From Candidatus Multivoradales bacterium (GTDB lineage Bacteria; Acidobacteriota; Thermoanaerobaculia; Multivoradales; JAHEKO01): DNA of 64,000 nucleotides. The position numbers and the translations under genes were made by a program. The notes under the pieces are model-generated. The model saw only the letters and a list, made by a program, of their open reading frames with translations. It did not search any database and had not been told where the DNA came from. Below are positions 59,707 to 64,000 of the stretch, piece after piece. How positions within the stretch are numbered: the stretch's first letter is position 1; the number at the start of each line of letters is the position of its first letter. Where the stretch lies: contig CBDCXM010000008.1 of the NCBI GenBank assembly GCA_965223855.1, positions 640,001 through 704,000 of the forward strand. The letters run 5' to 3'.

Positions 59707-59890
59707 CGCGATCCAATTAGTCGCTGGAGCAGGTTCACGCGGCCCCCGGGGTCCCTCCCTAGTCCAGAGCCAAACACGGCCGCTCGTCGTGATCCTTCCT
59801 CAACTCCCAAGACAAGAAGAAGGGGGCTCGCGGGCAGTCGTCCGCAAGCCACGTCGCGGTTGGCGGCCCGGACGGGCAGAGCCCCTGACC

Positions 59891-59920
59891 TGAGTTCCTC
59901 CCAGTCTCTCTCGCGCGTCC
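59891..59920 (+). promoter_or_regulatory. Putative ECF promoter
   Basis: TGAGTT-cctcccagtctctctcg(17)-CGCGTCC, ~74 nt upstream of SMP-30 gene. Confidence 0.65.
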
Positions 59921-59991
59921 TCGATCGCATGCATTGCGCGCCAAACGGACGCTCGAATCGCCCAAGCAAGAGATACAGAAGGAGCTTTCCA

Positions 59992-60975
59992 ATGATCCTG
60001 CCAGCCAGGAAAGTCGCCAGTCTGGTCGCCGTAGCGGCCCTTGCAAGCATCACCAGTCTCGGTGCCGACTCTGAGCCGCGAGCCGAGACCGTCGTCCTCT
60101 TCGATCCTCAAGCGCTGGAAACGCCCGAGAGCATCGTCTTCGACAGCCTGGACAACGCCTACATCACACTCGCATTGACCGGCCAGGTAGTGAGAGTCTC
60201 CCAGGATGGTCGCCTGACCCTTGTCACCGAGCTGCCCATCGGGGCTCCCTGTGGTTCGGTACCGACCCTGGCTGCCGGGTTGGCCGTCGATGACAACGAT
60301 CGGCTTTTCGCAGCCGTCTCGGCATGCGACCCTGCGAACTCCGGCATCTGGGAGATCGATACCGGAACCGGCGAACACTGGCTGGTTGCCGTCGCCCCTT
60401 CCTCCGTCGCGATTCTCAACGGCCTGGACGTTCACGGCGACTATCTCTACGCCGCAGACTCCCTGGCAGGCCTCGTGTGGAGAGTGTCCACCTCGGGCGG
60501 TTCGTTCGAGGTCTGGGTAGACGACCCGCTCCTCAAGATCAGGCCGGGTTCGCCCTTTCCGGGTCCCAACGGGCTCCAGTACTACAGAGGTAGCGTCTAC
60601 GTGGCGAACTCGTCGACAGGCGCCATCGTGAGGCTTCCTATTGGGAATCACGGATCTTCGGGAGAAGCCACCGTTCACGTGTCGGCATTTCCTCTAGGCT
60701 GCGACGAGTTCACGTTCGATGTCCTGGGTCGCATCTACTGCGCCACCGGACCCTTCAACAAGGTGCTGCGCCTGACCCCGGGCGATGTCCCATCGACCGT
60801 TCTCGATGCCGGTGACCTGCTCGACGTCCCCACCTCGGTGGCTTTCGGACGACGCGGGCGGAACAAGAGGTTTCTCTACATCGCCAACGCCGCCTTCCCG
60901 TTCGCCACTCAGCAGTTTCGGCCCAGCCTGATGAGGCTGCCCGTGGACATCCCGGGGGATCCTCGGGAGTACTGA
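59992..60975 (+). CDS. Exported SMP-30/gluconolactonase/LRE beta-propeller protein
   Basis: RBS AAGGAG; signal peptide; TPESI, LNGL, GPNGL, GCDEF and PTSVAFG propeller motifs. Confidence 0.8.
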   Translation: MILPARKVASLVAVAALASITSLGADSEPRAETVVLFDPQALETPESIVFDSLDNAYITLALTGQVVRVSQDGRLTLVTELPIGAPCGSVPTLAAGLAVDDNDRLFAAVSACDPANSGIWEIDTGTGEHWLVAVAPSSVAILNGLDVHGDYLYAADSLAGLVWRVSTSGGSFEVWVDDPLLKIRPGSPFPGPNGLQYYRGSVYVANSSTGAIVRLPIGNHGSSGEATVHVSAFPLGCDEFTFDVLGRIYCATGPFNKVLRLTPGDVPSTVLDAGDLLDVPTSVAFGRRGRNKRFLYIANAAFPFATQQFRPSLMRLPVDIPGDPREY

Positions 60976-61070
60976 ATGTTCGATTCACTCGATCTTGGTC
61001 CGTCTGGGCCGTGTCGGAAGTCATGGCATCTCCCTTGGCTTCGCAGGCGGCCTGAAGAGTTCCGTCACTG

Positions 61071-62735
61071 ATGTCCATGCCGATCGGAAGGCCGGTCAAG
61101 TGTGTGGCAGCCGTCCTCGAGTCACTACGCCTGGCGTGCTCGCACCGCCAAGCGAGATCGGTACTCCTGGCTGCCTTGGTGCTTGTGGCAGCCCTCACCC
61201 TGCCAGCGAAGGCTCACCTCGCTCGTCGCCCCGGAGCAGAGGCGGAGGGCGCCTGCGTGAGCCGGGCGCTTCCGGGTGTGGCTCAGCCTGAGCAGGTAGC
61301 CACACCCTATCGAGTACCGTGTGAGTTGGCAGCTCCGCTGGATGGATCTCACCACTGCCTGAGGGTTCCCGTGGTGGAAGGGCCAGCCGGGCGGATCATC
61401 GACCTGTATGTATTGGTCCTCGAGGCTACGGGGTCTGCGCCCGAGCCCGACCCGATCTACTGGCTTGCGGGAGGCCCGGGACAGGGGGCAAGCGGCGCGG
61501 CCCCCTTTCTGGCCCAGGTCTTCTCGGGCCCTCGCATCGATCGGGATCTCGTCTTTGTCGACTACCGAGGAACCGGGCGGTCCGACCCTCTGACATGCCC
61601 ACCACTCGGGGATTCCGAGGATCCGAACACATGGATGCGAGAGTTCCTCTCACCCGAGCGCTACCGCTCCTGCCTCCCGGAGCTGATGAAGCGCGGAGTC
61701 GACCTTGGGCGCTACAACACCGCCATCATCGCGGGCGATCTGGAAGTGGTCCGCCGTTCGCTGGGCCACGAGCAGATCAACTTGGCCGGAGCCTCGTACG
61801 GCAGTCGGGTTGGTCTGGAGTACATCCGCAGGCATGGCGACAACGTTCGAGCCGCACTCCTCGAAGGCGTTGCGGCACGTTTCCAGGATCACCTGCTCAC
61901 ACAGGCCGAATTGCTCGAGCGTGGCATCGTCGGTATCAAGGCGCAGTGCCGGGACGACGCCGCTTGTCACGCCGCATTCCCCCACTTCGCCAGTGACATG
62001 GACTCTGTGCTTTCCCAACTGCGGACGGCTCCGATAGAGACGACGGTGGTGAGCGAGCAGACAGGACGGGAGCATCCCGTGACGCTCACCTACGAGAGCT
62101 TCGTCTATGCACTTCGGTTCTCGCTGTACTACTCCGGTCCTGCCGCAGACCTTCCGATGAACGTCACCGCGGCCGCGAACGGAGACTGGACGCGGTTCGC
62201 CGACATGGCGGTCAAGCTGGCGGCGGGCTTCGGCGCCGCCGCCACCGGCATGACGATGGCCGTCCGGTGCGCGGAGGTGGTGCCCTACACGAATGTGACC
62301 GAGGCGCGCCAGCACGCCGAGGGTACGGTCTTCGGCACTCTCCGCCTCGACCAAGAACTGGAAATCTGTCGGGACTGGCCGCGATCGGAAGTCCCTGCGG
62401 ATCTCCATCATCCAGTGGAGTCCGACGTGCAGGTCCTCATGCTCACCGGTGAGTGGGACATCACGTCTCCACCGGAAGATGGGCGGTACGCCGAGCGCTA
62501 TCTGCCGAACGGGAGATTCGTCGAGATGCCGCAGTCCAGGCATGATGGGACGCTTGATACCTGCATGGCACAGGTGCGCGACGCGTACTTCCGACGCGGC
62601 GACTGGCGCTCTATCGACCTCACCTGCCTGACCGAGGTGGGGTACCCACCGTTCAGGACCGCCGGGAGACGCACCTGCGGGCCCTCGGAACGTGCCTCGT
62701 GCGACGGTGAGCTCGCGGTCGAGGACGAGGATTGA
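61071..62735 (+). CDS. Exported alpha/beta hydrolase (tripeptidyl aminopeptidase/TAP-like, S33)
   Basis: LAGGPG, DYRGTGRS, GASYG nucleophile elbow, GEWDITSP, C-terminal His. Confidence 0.85.
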   Translation: MSMPIGRPVKCVAAVLESLRLACSHRQARSVLLAALVLVAALTLPAKAHLARRPGAEAEGACVSRALPGVAQPEQVATPYRVPCELAAPLDGSHHCLRVPVVEGPAGRIIDLYVLVLEATGSAPEPDPIYWLAGGPGQGASGAAPFLAQVFSGPRIDRDLVFVDYRGTGRSDPLTCPPLGDSEDPNTWMREFLSPERYRSCLPELMKRGVDLGRYNTAIIAGDLEVVRRSLGHEQINLAGASYGSRVGLEYIRRHGDNVRAALLEGVAARFQDHLLTQAELLERGIVGIKAQCRDDAACHAAFPHFASDMDSVLSQLRTAPIETTVVSEQTGREHPVTLTYESFVYALRFSLYYSGPAADLPMNVTAAANGDWTRFADMAVKLAAGFGAAATGMTMAVRCAEVVPYTNVTEARQHAEGTVFGTLRLDQELEICRDWPRSEVPADLHHPVESDVQVLMLTGEWDITSPPEDGRYAERYLPNGRFVEMPQSRHDGTLDTCMAQVRDAYFRRGDWRSIDLTCLTEVGYPPFRTAGRRTCGPSERASCDGELAVEDED

Positions 62736-62794
62736 TGGCTCTCATCGCTCGAGTGCGCAGTGCGGCGATGAACCGGACAACGCGGCAGGTCGGC

Positions 62795-62824
62795 TGAGTC
62801 AAGAGTCTGGGCGTTCTCGCGTTC
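62795..62824 (+). promoter_or_regulatory. Putative ECF promoter
   Basis: TGAGTC-aagagtctgggcgttct(17)-CGCGTTC upstream of HAF-repeat gene. Confidence 0.65.
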
Positions 62825-62950
62825 TCAACAACGGACCGGCGGGCCTGCGGCCTCCGCCGACCTGCAACCGCATCTTCTGCTCGGCCACGTGGATTCGTCG
62901 TTTCAAGTGGTCGGGAATCAAACTCTTACTTGGAAGGGACCGACAACACC

Positions 62951-64000
62951 TTGAAGACGACAAGCATGCAATCGGATCGACACACCTGGATTCTCGCTGG
63001 CAGGCTCTGTCGCGCCAGATTGTTCTTCGCAACAGTTGTGCTGGCAGGCCACTTCTCTACCCTCGAGTTGGCCGCCGCAGAATACTCCGTTCGAATCGCA
63101 CCGCCACCGATCGCCGGAGGCGCATCGGTGTTTCCGACCGGCCTCAACAACCAGGGAGAAGTCGTCGGGCAGTTTCAGTCCGGATCGCCTCTCCTGCTGA
63201 AGGGGTGGCACTGGCGACCCGATGGGACGGTCGAGGTGATACCGGCTCCGCCAGGTCTGAGCAGCTACCGAGCCATGGGCATCAACGACTCAGGTTTCAT
63301 CCTGGGCGATGGAGGGTTGTCCTGGGGACTGGCCTGGGTCCTCTCTCCCGACGGAGTTTTCACGTCGGTCGGAACCCTTCCCGGGGACTCGATGAGTCTC
63401 GCCGCAGCGATCAACGAGGACGGAGTAGTGGCTGGAACCTCACGCAGCCCATCTCACACTTCTCCTCGCACCTCCTTCGTCGCCACTCCTGGCCTGCCCC
63501 CGGACCCACTTCAGGGCCAGAGTGAAGCCACAGATCTGAGCAACAGCGGTTTCACGATCGGCTACTACACGTCGCAGACCGGCTTCAGGGTGTCCCCAGG
63601 CGGGGAAACACTGCTACTCCCGCGCATCGACGGGCGATCATTCTCATGGCCCTGGGGCGTCAACTCCGAGGGTTGCACGGTCGGCGGGACAGCCTTCGCC
63701 AACGGAAACGGACACATTCCGTTTCTCTACTGTGACGATCTCGGAACCGTTCCCGTCGGCACGTTCACGGGAGGGGCGAGCGCGGCAGACATCAATGACG
63801 ACCGCACCATCATCGGCAATCTGAGTTCGGGCGGACCGCACCCGTGGATCTGGGACCTCGACCTGGGGATCCGATTTCTGGAGGATCTGATCCCGCCCGA
63901 CGCTGGCGTTGCGCTCCAGTCCGTCCTGAAGATCAACGAACGAGGAGATATTCTCGGCCTCGCCATCCTTCAGGATAGTGGCGACTGGGCACCCGTCGTA
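62951..64000 (+). CDS. Extracellular HAF-repeat-like beta-propeller protein (3'-truncated; absent from ORF track)
   Basis: Frame open from TTG 62951/ATG 62966 to the window end; repeats GLNNQGEVVG, GINDSGFILG, AINEDGVVAG, DINDDRTIIG, KINERGDILG. Confidence 0.8.
   Translation, partial: MKTTSMQSDRHTWILAGRLCRARLFFATVVLAGHFSTLELAAAEYSVRIAPPPIAGGASVFPTGLNNQGEVVGQFQSGSPLLLKGWHWRPDGTVEVIPAPPGLSSYRAMGINDSGFILGDGGLSWGLAWVLSPDGVFTSVGTLPGDSMSLAAAINEDGVVAGTSRSPSHTSPRTSFVATPGLPPDPLQGQSEATDLSNSGFTIGYYTSQTGFRVSPGGETLLLPRIDGRSFSWPWGVNSEGCTVGGTAFANGNGHIPFLYCDDLGTVPVGTFTGGASAADINDDRTIIGNLSSGGPHPWIWDLDLGIRFLEDLIPPDAGVALQSVLKINERGDILGLAILQDSGDWAPVV

Noticed and set aside
54440-59710. Classical RiPP biosynthetic gene cluster
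   Set aside because: No radical SAM, YcaO, LanM/B, ATP-grasp, P450, RRE or C39-ABC transporter in the window; modification in trans cannot be excluded.
1-64000. tRNA/rRNA genes, integrases, phage or defence genes
   Set aside because: None recognised by eye.

Overview
This is a high-GC bacterial window whose gene content suggests an Acidobacteriota/Thermoanaerobaculia-like organism (VWA proteins, CRTAC1+TPR pair, Oar-type TonB receptor, IFxDGFESG-tailed proteins); the assignment is inference. The first ~30 kb holds housekeeping and envelope genes: amidohydrolase, MsbA-like ABC transporter, M23 peptidase, TerB, TlpA, YbaK, VWA protein, a large repeat surface protein, TonB receptor and glycan methyltransferase/glycosyltransferases, plus a 185-bp palindromic MITE. 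The rest (~30-64 kb) looks accessory: a sulfated-glycan cluster, many secreted peptidases/hydrolases, and a membrane Ser/Thr kinase-TPR plus ECF sigma pair. The main discovery is five unannotated 16-18 aa peptide genes with a shared MK(V/A)(K/R)TN(V/L)xAG-type leader, in two paralogous cassettes flanking the kinase/ECF pair. A conserved promoter, YGAG-N19-CGCGTHC, precedes both cassettes and six secreted hydrolase or secreted protein genes, with two further near-matches. Together these suggest a peptide-sensing kinase/ECF signalling circuit controlling a secreted peptidase regulon; the mechanism is inferred, not shown.
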